Shown one piece after another: positions 48,288 through 58,264 of a stretch of 64,000 nt of DNA (position 1 is the first letter of the stretch; every line of letters begins with the position of its first letter). The DNA lies in the NCBI GenBank assembly GCA_963777505.1, contig CAVZQN010000006.1, positions 288,001-352,000 of the forward strand, given 5' to 3'. The stretch is from an uncultured bacterium. GTDB lineage: Bacteria > Acidobacteriota > HRBIN11 > JAKEFK01. The translations under genes and the position numbers were made by a program. The notes beneath the pieces are model-generated. The model was given only the letters and a program-made list of their open reading frames with translations, was not told the DNA's origin and did not search any database.

Positions 48288-49628
48288 TCACTTTGGGGGA
48301 TCTTTTTTCTTTTCCTGTCCTTGATAAAAAGATGACCGGTCTGAAAAATATCGATACAGAATATTGCTCAGTCTTTTCGGAACTTCAACAAACTGATTGC
48401 GCAACATTTGTGAAATTTGGAAGTGGCCGTCACGTGGAAGCATTCCTGTTGATACCTGAATCACCATAAAGAGATTCCAAATTATGAAAAAACCTGAAAG
48501 TACTGGAATTAGGCGGCTGGAGAAGCGTGAATACAATGCTGCAAGTCCCAATGTAAATATCGCAGTGCAACTGATTAAATACCGGAGTCCGAATCCTGCA
48601 CCACCTTGCCAGGTATCAATACAGATAATGAGATAAAACTGAACTGCAAACACTACGATTAACAGCCAGAAAGTCTTGTTAGTTCGCACAAGATTGATGA
48701 ACCCCCCAATGCACAATACGATGACGGGAGTCCAGATGAAAAGGCCATGATAGGTTGAAAATAGAACCGAGATTAAATACCTTCCTTCCCAAAAAAATTT
48801 ACCTTTAAGATTTCCCGTTGAATAGGGATTCAATGCACCATTCAGCTTCCACCAGATCCAGAGCTGCGGAATAAACATAACGAATGCAGCGGCAACACAT
48901 GCGGCTTTCAGGCGAAGCGGTTTGCGATCGAGGATTGGAATGAGCATAAACAAACCATCTTGCCAACGAACAAGCGCCGCCAGCCCGCCTACGATTCCAA
49001 TCAGAGCCCAGGATCCTGTTGAATCTTTATCACGCAGGCGGTGCCACACAAAAAGAAAAAGGCTTGTTGTGAAAATTGAAGTTGCATGAGACATCGGTGG
49101 CGTAACATACATGTAAAAAACAGCATGTGCTCCAAACCACAATGTTAGTACTGCCCAAAATGAAACCCACGTGGAAAAGAAATCGCGCGCAATTCGATAT
49201 TGCAGAATGAATCCAAGAAATCCGTAGAAGGCACTGGCGAAACAAACAGCAAGAATATAGGGAAATGAAAAGCCATTTGCCGATGCTTTCCCGGTAGCCT
49301 TCACATATAAATCTGCAGCCCCGAAAAAAGGAGCCCATAAAATTGCACATCCAATTGGCGCATCATTTCGAGCATAACCAGTTGGGGTCTTGCGATCCAT
49401 AAATGCTCTTCGAAAGGCTTGTTGTTTTGATGGTCCTTGTTGATAAAGCCAATAGTATTCGTTTGCAAAATTCAAATCGCCATCTTTCCAGATTGATCGC
49501 AGGTATGAAAAGTATTGGATTTCATCACCGCTATAGAGACGGGGTGTAAGCAGTACAAGAGAAATTAGAAAAATTAGAGTTAATGCTAAGAAACCGCGAT
49601 CCAGTCCGCGGTTTTCGAGCTTTACCAT
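48288..49628 (-). CDS. GT-C fold membrane glycosyltransferase (GT39-like)
   Basis: GDEIQYFSYLRS..DGDL, APIGCAILWAPF, GLFIWTP, GFGLRYL; multi-TM. Confidence 0.72.
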   Translation of the reverse strand: MVKLENRGLDRGFLALTLIFLISLVLLTPRLYSGDEIQYFSYLRSIWKDGDLNFANEYYWLYQQGPSKQQAFRRAFMDRKTPTGYARNDAPIGCAILWAPFFGAADLYVKATGKASANGFSFPYILAVCFASAFYGFLGFILQYRIARDFFSTWVSFWAVLTLWFGAHAVFYMYVTPPMSHATSIFTTSLFLFVWHRLRDKDSTGSWALIGIVGGLAALVRWQDGLFMLIPILDRKPLRLKAACVAAAFVMFIPQLWIWWKLNGALNPYSTGNLKGKFFWEGRYLISVLFSTYHGLFIWTPVIVLCIGGFINLVRTNKTFWLLIVVFAVQFYLIICIDTWQGGAGFGLRYLISCTAIFTLGLAALYSRFSSRLIPVLSGFFIIWNLFMVIQVSTGMLPRDGHFQISQMLRNQFVEVPKRLSNILYRYFSDRSSFYQGQEKKKDPPK

Positions 49629-51121
49629 TGGCAGGAATAGATTAAAACGTGTTCTGTCCCAAGCAAAGGAGTTTGATGATCCAATTTACAACGGTTGTCC
49701 TCTGCCAGAAGCTTTTCGCGGCGTTCGCTTACCAGGCCAGTATTGATCAGTAAATAATCTGGTTTTTGGGTGGATAAATAAGCAAGCATTCTTTCGTTAA
49801 TACCATCGCCTTTCTCGCGGTACTGCTTGCTATTCAGATCGATCCATCCAGAAAAATCCACAAGCTTTCTTTCAGCAAAATATGGAATCACACCGATTTC
49901 TTCCGATGCAAACGTTGCATTCCGAGGTGTGTGATTTTTCAACCAGATCCCTGCGTCGCGGTATGCAGGATATGCGGTGAGCCGCTGCCCGCCCCGAGTT
50001 TGTTCGTAATAATAAATGTTCAAAAGAAAATAACAAAAGAAACAAATACCGATCGTTCCAAAAAGGAAAAACTGCGACCACTTCTGGGAACTAAAATATT
50101 TCTCTGAAACTATTTTCAGATAGACCAGAGAAAACAAGCCGATGAATGGCAAAAGGTGAATATAGTAACGCCTGTTATCAAGAAATGGACCATAGAAGAA
50201 CATGCAAAACGTCACCCAGATAAAAAGAAACATGAATCTTGGCGCACGTTCGCGGATCTGTGCTAACCCCGCTGCAATTGCAGCAAGAATCAAGATCGGG
50301 AAAAATAATATGAAGATACCGCCAATGAAATGTGGAATTTTCCGGATTGCCCAGGGGTTTAGTTTTGCACTTCCTGAAGTTGGAAGCACTGTGGCGTTCG
50401 TGCCGATATACAAAAACCACATCGCCGGAAGTGCAGCAAGAACAAGGAATCTGACTAACGCGTCTTTCCAACTGAATTCGTCGTTGCGGTAATCCAGATA
50501 GAGATGATTGCAATAGAGAAGCAGTGCATAAAGCGCGCCTTCATATCGTGTAAGAATTGCAAGACCGAGGAATACATAAGTCCAAACAGAGCGTGTATGA
50601 AACAAATAGAAATAGAGCGAAATCAGCACCAGAAAAGTAAATAGTGTGAAGTCCTGCGGTCCGGCACTCAAGATGCTTTCCAGAGGTGACGCAGCCCAAA
50701 CAAGTGCAGACGCAAATGCGATAAAGGTACTCGATGTGATTTTGTACGCGATCAAGAAAAGAAGGATTGTTGCCCCAAGACTGAAACCCAGATTAACAAA
50801 TTTTGCAGTAACAAGAGCGCTATCCTGAAACAAGAAATGTTGAACTGCTAGAACGAATGTCAGTAAAGGTGTAGCCGCATGTGAAATTTCGCCGGGATTA
50901 AAACTGAATCCATGGCCTTGTGCGAGGTTACGTGCGTATACATGAAAGACATACGCATCATCATAAGTGAGGTAATAGTCGCCGAAGAAAAGAAAATGAA
51001 CCATTAAAGACAGAACTAATGCGCCTGTAATAGGCCATCGCGATTTACTGATGATCTCGGCGGCGGTAGCTTCTTTTTCTTGAAGAAGAGTCGCTTTCTT
51101 GAAGGGAATAATTTCAGTCAT
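49622..51121 (-). CDS. GT-C fold membrane glycosyltransferase
   Basis: YDDAYVFHVYARNLAQGHGFSFNPGE, LTRYEG, EIGVIPYF...DFSGWID. Confidence 0.72.
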   Translation of the reverse strand: MTEIIPFKKATLLQEKEATAAEIISKSRWPITGALVLSLMVHFLFFGDYYLTYDDAYVFHVYARNLAQGHGFSFNPGEISHAATPLLTFVLAVQHFLFQDSALVTAKFVNLGFSLGATILLFLIAYKITSSTFIAFASALVWAASPLESILSAGPQDFTLFTFLVLISLYFYLFHTRSVWTYVFLGLAILTRYEGALYALLLYCNHLYLDYRNDEFSWKDALVRFLVLAALPAMWFLYIGTNATVLPTSGSAKLNPWAIRKIPHFIGGIFILFFPILILAAIAAGLAQIRERAPRFMFLFIWVTFCMFFYGPFLDNRRYYIHLLPFIGLFSLVYLKIVSEKYFSSQKWSQFFLFGTIGICFFCYFLLNIYYYEQTRGGQRLTAYPAYRDAGIWLKNHTPRNATFASEEIGVIPYFAERKLVDFSGWIDLNSKQYREKGDGINERMLAYLSTQKPDYLLINTGLVSERREKLLAEDNRCKLDHQTPLLGTEHVLIYSCQW

Positions 51122-51849
51122 ACTTGAGTCACCAGCCCCTTCGTTTTAGAAACGCTTCCAAACCGGAGCCGGAAAATTGTTTGAATTGCTTTAATAATTT
51201 CTTTTCGAGAGATTTTTGATTTTCCTGCACGGCGTTCGATGAATGTAATAGGAATTTCTGCAATACGCAAATTTCTGGATTCGGCGCGGTGCAGAATTTC
51301 AACTAGATACGAATATCCTTCTGCAACCACACTCTCAAAATCAAGTTCTTGCAGCGTTTTGGAGTGGTAAAGACGAAAGCCGGAAGTACAGTCAGAAGCT
51401 TGAAGCGAAAGGACGGTATGCGCCATCAGGTTCGCAACTCTGCTGATAAAAATGCGAAACCAACCCCAGTTTAATGTTGCTCCGCCAGCAATGTAACGTG
51501 ATCCAATCACAAGATCCGCCTTTTGTGAGGTCCTGATCAATTCAGGAATATGCTCCGGATTATGAGAAAAATCGGCATCCATTGTTATTGCGGCGTCATA
51601 ATGATTTTCAAGAGCGTAACGGAACCCTGCTGCATATGCAGTTCCAAGGCCCAATTTTGCTGAGCGATTCAATAAATGAACCTTCTCATGATTTCCAAAA
51701 TGATGTAAAACCTCATCGGCAGTGCCATCTGGCGAACCGTCGTCAATAACCAAGACGTTCAGCGACTCTGGCAATTCGAGGATTTTTGTGACCAGCGGGA
51801 TAACATTATCCCGCTCGTTATAGGTGGGAACTAAAACGAGCGTTTTCAT
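51118..51849 (-). CDS. Polyprenol monophosphomannose synthase (Dpm1-like GT2)
   Basis: VPTYNERDN, DDGSPDGT, KLGLGTAY, MDADFSH, DCTSGFR. Confidence 0.9.
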   Translation of the reverse strand: MKTLVLVPTYNERDNVIPLVTKILELPESLNVLVIDDGSPDGTADEVLHHFGNHEKVHLLNRSAKLGLGTAYAAGFRYALENHYDAAITMDADFSHNPEHIPELIRTSQKADLVIGSRYIAGGATLNWGWFRIFISRVANLMAHTVLSLQASDCTSGFRLYHSKTLQELDFESVVAEGYSYLVEILHRAESRNLRIAEIPITFIERRAGKSKISRKEIIKAIQTIFRLRFGSVSKTKGLVTQV

Positions 51850-51904
51850 TAAAATACAAGAAATTCTGAATAATTCAGTATAACATGTGCCTCGATAAGC
51901 TGTT

Positions 51905-51932
51905 TTGACGCCTGGGAATCGTTAGATATAAT
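51905..51932 (+). promoter_or_regulatory. Sigma70-type promoter for the small zinc-ribbon gene
   Basis: TTGACG-16 bp-TATAAT. Confidence 0.65.
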
Positions 51933-51951
51933 TTGAAAAGATGGAGTGTTC

Positions 51952-52110
51952 ATGTCGAAAGTCGTTCAAGGGAAAATAGGCGATCCAATTCGAGAAAGCG
52001 GTAACTACATCTGTGATAATTGCGGTCATTACCAGGCTTTTGAAGTAGGTGATGACTTTATTGAATGTCAGGCATGTTGGGAGCCAGATATAACCTGGGA
52101 ACTTGAATAA
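51952..52110 (+). CDS. 52-aa zinc-ribbon protein (not in the ORF track)
   Basis: MSKVVQGKIGDPIRESGNYICDNCGHYQAFEVGDDFIECQACWEPDITWELE; two CxxC motifs, GGAG ribosome-binding site, own promoter. Confidence 0.8.
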   Translation: MSKVVQGKIGDPIRESGNYICDNCGHYQAFEVGDDFIECQACWEPDITWELE

Positions 52111-52786
52111 CTAAACTCCGAAGAGCAATACAATCAGTCCGATTGCCAGTAGAACAAAAATAGCTCCAAAACCCAACCAGATATAAATTTCAATTCCACC
52201 TTTTTCCTTTTGTTCAGGAACCGGTGCGTCTGGATCGACAGGAGCTGGTGGTGCTTTCGGTTCTGCTTTTGCTTTTGGCGGTGGCGGAGGGGGTTCAGGC
52301 GGTGCAGGTTCCTCTGCCTCGGGCTCTGGTGGCGGCGGCGGCAGGTGCTGCTTTTGCAGGTGGAGGTGCAGGCTCTTCTCTTTCGTGTTCCGCCGTTCCG
52401 GTGCGCTGACCTAAATTTGGTTGCGTTCCCGATCTGCGAAGATTGGCTATATCGGGCGAGACCGCTTCCATCATCGTAGCGCCAATTTCCCCTTCAAAAC
52501 GGATTCGATACGGATTAATCGTAACAACGTCCTGACTTGTTAATGGATATTTTTCTTTTGCTACAATTGGTGCCCCATTCAGCAGCGTGCCATTTGTGCT
52601 TCCTAAGTCAGTGACATAGTAGTTATCGTTTTCATATAGAAATGCTGCATGTGAGCCGGAAATTTCAGGACGATTAAAATGAAGATCGTTACCAGGTTTC
52701 CGTCCGATAGTAATACGTGGCCTATCAAAAGAAACTTCCTGATTCGTATTATCGACGTCCGATTCGATGATCAGCCTTGCTGGCAT
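52111..52786 (-). CDS. FHA domain - Pro-rich linker - C-terminal TM protein; one-base frameshift at ~52342
   Basis: FHA motifs IGR, ISGSHA, DLGSTNGT; the shifted frame reads PPPPPEPEAEEPAPP...KEKGGIEIYIWLGFGAIFVLLAIGLIVLLFGV* (stop 52111-52113). Confidence 0.82.
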
Positions 52787-52825
52787 AGAGGGTATGGTAC
52801 CGCTAGAGCCGTCATTCGTAAAGAC

Positions 52826-55384
52826 CTATCTCGCCAGGATAACCTGCCAACTACCTTCCTGGCCTGTAGATCGAACTACAAAGGTGCCTTTCAGACTCTT
52901 TCCTTCCAGTTTTCCAACAAAGTCTAATGAGCGTCCATCCTTTTCAGTAAAAGAAAATTCGACGGGAAAAGATGAAGTTTTGCGATATTGTCCAAACAGT
53001 GAAAAAGTCCCCAGCGGCTTAAAGGCTTCATTCTGAAAACTGCCACTCGTACTTCCAACCACAATCTTCCATGTAATCGTTGCACGGCCAGAGATTCCGT
53101 CACCGCGTTGTTTTAAATTGAGTTCTAACTGCAGCGTTGGATCGCTGATATTTGTATACAGTTTGTTGTCCATAGCTCCAATCCACGAGCCATCAACGTT
53201 AGAAACTTTAGCAGGCAATGTAAGACTCAGTGAAAGCAGTTTTGCTTTTTGATCGGATGGAAGCGTTTCCAGAAAATCTTTGTTGTAATACCGTTCACCA
53301 CTCTCATTTCCAACGGCATAAAAATTCACAACTTGCTGAAAGATGCTTCCACCTGCCGAAATAATTCCTGTTCCTTCGGGATCTTTTGCCTGAACAAACG
53401 TCTTGTAATAAGCGCCTAGCAGCATTCGCCACCATTCAGCCAATTCATCTAGAGAAACAACTCTGGAATTCAATCTGCTGTACGGAAGCGCATCGTCAGG
53501 CAGAATTCTTAAAAGCGACAGCCGTGTGCCTTCGACTGCGCCATCTGCAAAAATGGAGTATGCGCCTTCTTCTCTTGTGAATGCGATTTTTGCATCGGGA
53601 TTTGATAGGAAATACTGAACACCATCGTTCAAGCTCTTCGCTACTTTTTCCGCGCGTTCGCGGCTACTTCCTGAATCATCTTTTGCAACCATAATCAAAA
53701 GCGGACCTAAATTCGTTTCGATTGAATACTCATTGAATCCCAAACTTTTTGAATATGGTTTTGCAACAAATCCCAGCTTGAAGACTTCCAGCGGTTTGGC
53801 AGCTTCTGGCAAAATAAGGAAGTCGATCGAATTTTTAGCTTGAAGATTATTAATACGGACAGTAACAGGGACTTTCATTCCATTTTCAGGTACTTTTTCT
53901 CCAGGTCTTGGCACCGTAACAACGAGTTCTTTTCCAGTACCGCCGGTGCCCGCAAGATCTGAACCAAAGAAGACTGTAGTCGGTTGTCCAGGCATATTCG
54001 TTTGAATCCGGACTTGTGTCCCAACGCCTCCGGAAAGCGGATTGATATTTTGAATTCGTGGCGCAATTAAAACTGTAAATGGGATTCGAGTCAGTGCTTT
54101 TTCTTCCTCCATCACAACAAATTCAGTTTTCGTTTCCGGCGCAGAAAGTTCAGGGAAATCGGGAAGTTTAATTTCAAGGCCTTCTGAATCGCGTTTCAAA
54201 ACGTAAGCCTCTTTTTCAAGAATTTTGACAGCTGTTACATCTTCAGGTTCGAAATCACCAGCAATTCGGATTAAGTCTCCCGTGCTGCCTCTTTCAGGCT
54301 TTACAGAATCGATGATTGTCGTGCTTTTGCCTAGAATGAAAAAGACTGCAATACCGATTGCTGATAGCGCTAAAACTATGATTCCAATTAATCCCAGTGG
54401 AGATGAAAGAATGCGTTTTACTGATTTTTCTTGCGGCGGGAGTTCAATACTTTCATCAGCAATCAAAGGCACTTCAGCGGCATCTTCAGCAACACCGTCT
54501 TCAGCCGCTGATTTTTCACCTTCAGCTTCGCCTTCCGCTGCTTCTACTCCCTCTTCAGCCGCAATTTTCTCACCCTCTCTAGCGGCCGCATCCGTTACTT
54601 CTTTGGATTGCAAAACTCCAGGAGTGCTATCTGTCATTTGCATTTCTTCCAGTTTGGATAACAGGGCTTCCGCAGGATTACTAAAAACTACTATCACAGG
54701 AGCCGAACTGGATTGTTGCCCAAGCCGGATTTCATCTCTATCACGCAGCCTTTGACTTCCTGAGATCCGCTGATCATTTACAAAAGTGCCATTTGCACTA
54801 TTCAAATCTTTGATAAAAGCACCAGACCATGAAAGTGAAATTTCGGCATGACGGCGCGAAACGCTGGGATGATCAATCACAACTTCAACCCCCGCAGTTC
54901 GTCCCGCTACCAGAATCGTACCTTCACTGAGTTCGAACTGTTTTCCGGCATCGGGACCCCCCATCATGATGACTCGCGGCTTATCCGATGCGGTGGCTTG
55001 CCACGAACCAAGAACTTCCATGACCATCTGGCGAGCCACCTGCACAGTAGCGCCAGACTCGACATTCATTACGTTGATCCCGGTCGAAAAATAAAGTTCG
55101 AAAGTCTGAATTTTTATCATGTCGCTGTCACTTAACAGCTTTTTTTCGCCTGGGACGAGTCGCTGATCATTTAAGTAAGAGCCATTGATTGAACCCCGAT
55201 CGACAAGATAGTAATTGTCTCCGTCTTTGACGATTTGTGCGTGATATCCGGAGACCGTAGAAGAGGGGAGTTGTATATCGTTTTCTTTTAGCCTGCCAAT
55301 TGTAACGACAGGCTGTTCAAATTCGTAGCTATAATCTTTGGTCCCGCCCTCGGTGAGCTGAGCCTTAACGACCAGTTTGATCAT
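52826..55384 (-). CDS. Two FHA domains - acidic linker - TM - IPT/TIG-like repeats - unknown periplasmic domain
   Basis: IGR..VSGYHA..GSINGS; AGR..VSRRHA..NSANGT; TM LGLIGIIVLALSAIGIAVFFIL; IDSVKPERGSTGD and IQNINPLSGGVGT; start MIKLVV at 55384. Confidence 0.8.
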   Translation of the reverse strand: MIKLVVKAQLTEGGTKDYSYEFEQPVVTIGRLKENDIQLPSSTVSGYHAQIVKDGDNYYLVDRGSINGSYLNDQRLVPGEKKLLSDSDMIKIQTFELYFSTGINVMNVESGATVQVARQMVMEVLGSWQATASDKPRVIMMGGPDAGKQFELSEGTILVAGRTAGVEVVIDHPSVSRRHAEISLSWSGAFIKDLNSANGTFVNDQRISGSQRLRDRDEIRLGQQSSSAPVIVVFSNPAEALLSKLEEMQMTDSTPGVLQSKEVTDAAAREGEKIAAEEGVEAAEGEAEGEKSAAEDGVAEDAAEVPLIADESIELPPQEKSVKRILSSPLGLIGIIVLALSAIGIAVFFILGKSTTIIDSVKPERGSTGDLIRIAGDFEPEDVTAVKILEKEAYVLKRDSEGLEIKLPDFPELSAPETKTEFVVMEEEKALTRIPFTVLIAPRIQNINPLSGGVGTQVRIQTNMPGQPTTVFFGSDLAGTGGTGKELVVTVPRPGEKVPENGMKVPVTVRINNLQAKNSIDFLILPEAAKPLEVFKLGFVAKPYSKSLGFNEYSIETNLGPLLIMVAKDDSGSSRERAEKVAKSLNDGVQYFLSNPDAKIAFTREEGAYSIFADGAVEGTRLSLLRILPDDALPYSRLNSRVVSLDELAEWWRMLLGAYYKTFVQAKDPEGTGIISAGGSIFQQVVNFYAVGNESGERYYNKDFLETLPSDQKAKLLSLSLTLPAKVSNVDGSWIGAMDNKLYTNISDPTLQLELNLKQRGDGISGRATITWKIVVGSTSGSFQNEAFKPLGTFSLFGQYRKTSSFPVEFSFTEKDGRSLDFVGKLEGKSLKGTFVVRSTGQEGSWQVILAR

Positions 55385-55446
55385 ACGGGTTTCAGAAAAA
55401 AGCATAGCACAAAGATGGCGAAGGTGATGCGAGATACGTGAAACGG

Positions 55447-55553
55447 GTTTGTAGTAAGGCACGCAGGCTTATCAGCGAAGCGGATGAGGCAATGCCGTTC
55501 AGATCAATACGGCACTGCCCTGCATTTGCTCGGCTGCGTGCCTAACTACGAAC
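55447..55553. repeat. Long nested GTAG-ended hairpin (REPIN/MITE-like)
   Basis: GTAGTAAGGCACGCAG / CTGCGTGCCTAACTAC outer arms, GGCAATGCCGT / ACGGCACTGCC inner arms. Confidence 0.7.
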
Positions 55554-55559
55554 GGCAGA

Positions 55560-56135
55560 CTACTTGAGTTCCAGCTCCAGTAGTTGGCAAAGGAGGTGGA
55601 TAATCATCGAATGAACCTCCTGAATGCGAGGGGTCGAAGAATCCGGAACAACCAGCGCAATATCACACAGCAACAAAGCGCGGCCGCCATTTCTCCCCAG
55701 AATTCCTGCAGTCCGGCATTGCTTATCGCGGGCAATCTTGAGTCCTTTGACAATATTGGTGGAATTGCCGCTTGTGGTGATAGCAATTGCCAGATCTCCG
55801 GGATCAGCGAGTGTTTCAATTTGTTTGGCAAACACAGAATCGAATCCTTCATCATTGCCGATTGCCGTGATGAGAGACGAATCCGTATGGAGTGCAAGAG
55901 CGCGAATGCCCAGAGGGATCTCTTCAACACGGTGCATTAACTCTGCGGCAAAGTGTTGCGCGTCTGCCGCAGACCCTCCATTTCCAAAAATCAAGATTTT
56001 TCGTTTCTGCTTCGAAACTTCGCTTAACAATTTGTAAAGCTGAACAATTTTTTCAGAGTTCTTGAAAAAGAAGTCATGCTTCAATTCAAGTGATTTCTTT
56101 ACAACTTCACGAATGAAATTTTCAGGTTCGATCAT
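55560..56135 (-). CDS. gmhA: Phosphoheptose isomerase (SIS domain)
   Basis: FGNGGSAADAQHFAAE, TAIGND, TTSGNS, TPRIQEVH. Confidence 0.92.
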   Translation of the reverse strand: MIEPENFIREVVKKSLELKHDFFFKNSEKIVQLYKLLSEVSKQKRKILIFGNGGSAADAQHFAAELMHRVEEIPLGIRALALHTDSSLITAIGNDEGFDSVFAKQIETLADPGDLAIAITTSGNSTNIVKGLKIARDKQCRTAGILGRNGGRALLLCDIALVVPDSSTPRIQEVHSMIIHLLCQLLELELK

Positions 56136-57166
56136 AGGATTAGCATCGCATCGCCATAGCTGTAAAATCTAAAACCTTCGCGGATTGCATGCTCATAGGA
56201 CTTTTGGATTGAACTATAGCCTGCGAAAGCGGAGACAAGCATCAGCAAAGATGATTTTGGCAAATGAAAGTTTGTAATGAGTCCGCTGGTAATTTGAAAA
56301 TCAAATCCCGGATAAATAAAAAGCCCGGTAGCGCCATGAAGTTCATTGGTTGAAACAATCGTCTCAAGCGCTCGAGTCGTTGTGGTTCCAACAGCGATCA
56401 CTCGTTTTGCCTTTCGAATTTTGTTCCAGGTCTGCTGTGAACATGAATAATACTCAGCCTGAATTGTATGTTTACGAATGTCATCGCTTTTTACGGGACG
56501 GAACGTTCCGGGGCCTACATGAAGTGTAAGCTTAACTATTTCCACTCCACGCTGCCTGAGCTCTCCCAATACTTTTTGCGTGAAATGTAAACCGGCAGTG
56601 GGTGCTGCAATGGAACCTGACATCCGTGCATACACTGTTTGATACCGATTGCGATCCAGAGCATCTGCCATCCTTCCGATGTAAGGTGGAAGCGGCATAG
56701 ACCCATGTTTTCGAATTAGATTTTCGATCTTTCCGGGAAAACGCAAGATGCGCCCTGTAGTTGATAATGAAAGTACATTCGCTATTGTGCCGTCTTCAAA
56801 TTGAATCTGATCGCCTGGACGAAATTTTTTTCCAGGATAAACGATCGCATCCCAGCAATTTAAATCAGTTTCATGGATCAGTAAGACTTCCCCGCGATCC
56901 GATTGAAGTCGTGCAGGGATGACCCGCGTATTGTTCAATACAATAAGATCCCCTTTTTGCAGGAATTTGGGAAGATCAAAAAAATTACTGTTGGAAAGAT
57001 TTCCAGAATCTCGATTCAGCACCAGAAGGCGTGAATGATCCCTCGGCGTAACAGGATATTGTGCGATCTGGTCTGTGGGAAGATCGTAATTATAACTTTC
57101 GAGCCGAAATAGATCCGCATTCTTTTTCAATCTTGAAGTGTATTGATTCCCGGCACTCGTTTTCAT
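56132..57166 (-). CDS. queA: S-adenosylmethionine:tRNA ribosyltransferase-isomerase
   Basis: [46 protein letters not shown]. Confidence 0.96.
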   Translation of the reverse strand: MKTSAGNQYTSRLKKNADLFRLESYNYDLPTDQIAQYPVTPRDHSRLLVLNRDSGNLSNSNFFDLPKFLQKGDLIVLNNTRVIPARLQSDRGEVLLIHETDLNCWDAIVYPGKKFRPGDQIQFEDGTIANVLSLSTTGRILRFPGKIENLIRKHGSMPLPPYIGRMADALDRNRYQTVYARMSGSIAAPTAGLHFTQKVLGELRQRGVEIVKLTLHVGPGTFRPVKSDDIRKHTIQAEYYSCSQQTWNKIRKAKRVIAVGTTTTRALETIVSTNELHGATGLFIYPGFDFQITSGLITNFHLPKSSLLMLVSAFAGYSSIQKSYEHAIREGFRFYSYGDAMLIL

Positions 57167-58200
57167 TTCTCAAACAGGCTTTGCTGATAAATCGACTTGC
57201 CGGGCGTTAATCCGAAATGTTTATATGCGTTCACAGTTGCCATGCGGCCTTGCGGTGTACGATTTAAGAAACCGATCTGCATTAAGTAAGGTTCGTAAAT
57301 ATCTTCAAGTGTCGATTTTTCTTCAGATGTTGCAGCTGCAAGCGCACCAACACCTACAGGACCACCATTAAATTTTTCGATAATTGTCAGCAGAAGTTTG
57401 CGGTCGATTTCATCCAATCCCAGCTCATCCACTTCCAGCATTTCTAAAGCCTTCATCGCGACATCATAAGTAATAACGCCATCTCCTTCTACCTGCGCGA
57501 AATCACGCACACGTCTGAGAAGTCGATTTGCGATCCGGGGAGTTCTGCGGGAACGCATCGCAATCTCGCGGATCCCATCTTCTTCAATCGGGATATTCAG
57601 GATTCGCGCGGAGCGAGTAAGAATCTTGTAAATATCTTCCACGCTGTAATAATCAAGCGTATGCCTGATCAGGAAACGGTCACGTAAAGGTTTTGTTAAT
57701 GAACCTGCGCTTGTTGTTGCTCCAACTAATGTGAATGGTGGCAGATTAATTCGCAATGTTCGCGCTGCCGGCCCCTGCCCGATAATTATATCCAGCTTGT
57801 AATCTTCCATTGCCGGGTAAAGCACTTCTTCGATTGCAGAGTTCAATCTGTGTATTTCATCAATGAATAGAACTTCTTTTTCTTGAAGATTTGTTAAAAG
57901 TGCGACAAGATCGCCCGCTCTAAGAATCACGGGCCCCGAGGTTGTCTTTAAACTAACCCCCATTTCTTGCGCGACGATATTTGCAAGAGTAGTTTTTCCC
58001 ATTCCGGGTGGGCCCATCAAAAGAATATGATCAAGAGCATCATTTCTTTGTTTCGCAGCTTGAATTGCTACCTGGAGATTTTTTCTGACTTTTTCCTGTC
58101 CAACATACTCTGAAAAAGTCTTCGGACGAAGATGTAGTTCTTCTTTTAATTCTTCACCGCTGGGCGCGGTAAAAACAATCCTTTCCGCTTTATCGTTCAT
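57163..58200 (-). CDS. ruvB: Holliday junction branch migration ATPase RuvB
   Basis: [43 protein letters not shown]. Confidence 0.97.
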   Translation of the reverse strand: MNDKAERIVFTAPSGEELKEELHLRPKTFSEYVGQEKVRKNLQVAIQAAKQRNDALDHILLMGPPGMGKTTLANIVAQEMGVSLKTTSGPVILRAGDLVALLTNLQEKEVLFIDEIHRLNSAIEEVLYPAMEDYKLDIIIGQGPAARTLRINLPPFTLVGATTSAGSLTKPLRDRFLIRHTLDYYSVEDIYKILTRSARILNIPIEEDGIREIAMRSRRTPRIANRLLRRVRDFAQVEGDGVITYDVAMKALEMLEVDELGLDEIDRKLLLTIIEKFNGGPVGVGALAAATSEEKSTLEDIYEPYLMQIGFLNRTPQGRMATVNAYKHFGLTPGKSIYQQSLFEK

Positions 58201-58264
58201 TTATCTGGCAGGCAGAGCCGCCCGCCCTCCTAATTTAACCGCAAAATTTATCATTCGCGCAAAA

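Noticed and set aside
54225-54755. Long antisense and alternative-frame ORFs (also 37386..38045, 33369..33629, 55624..56037)
   Set aside because: They are shadows of well-supported genes and show no recognisable motifs
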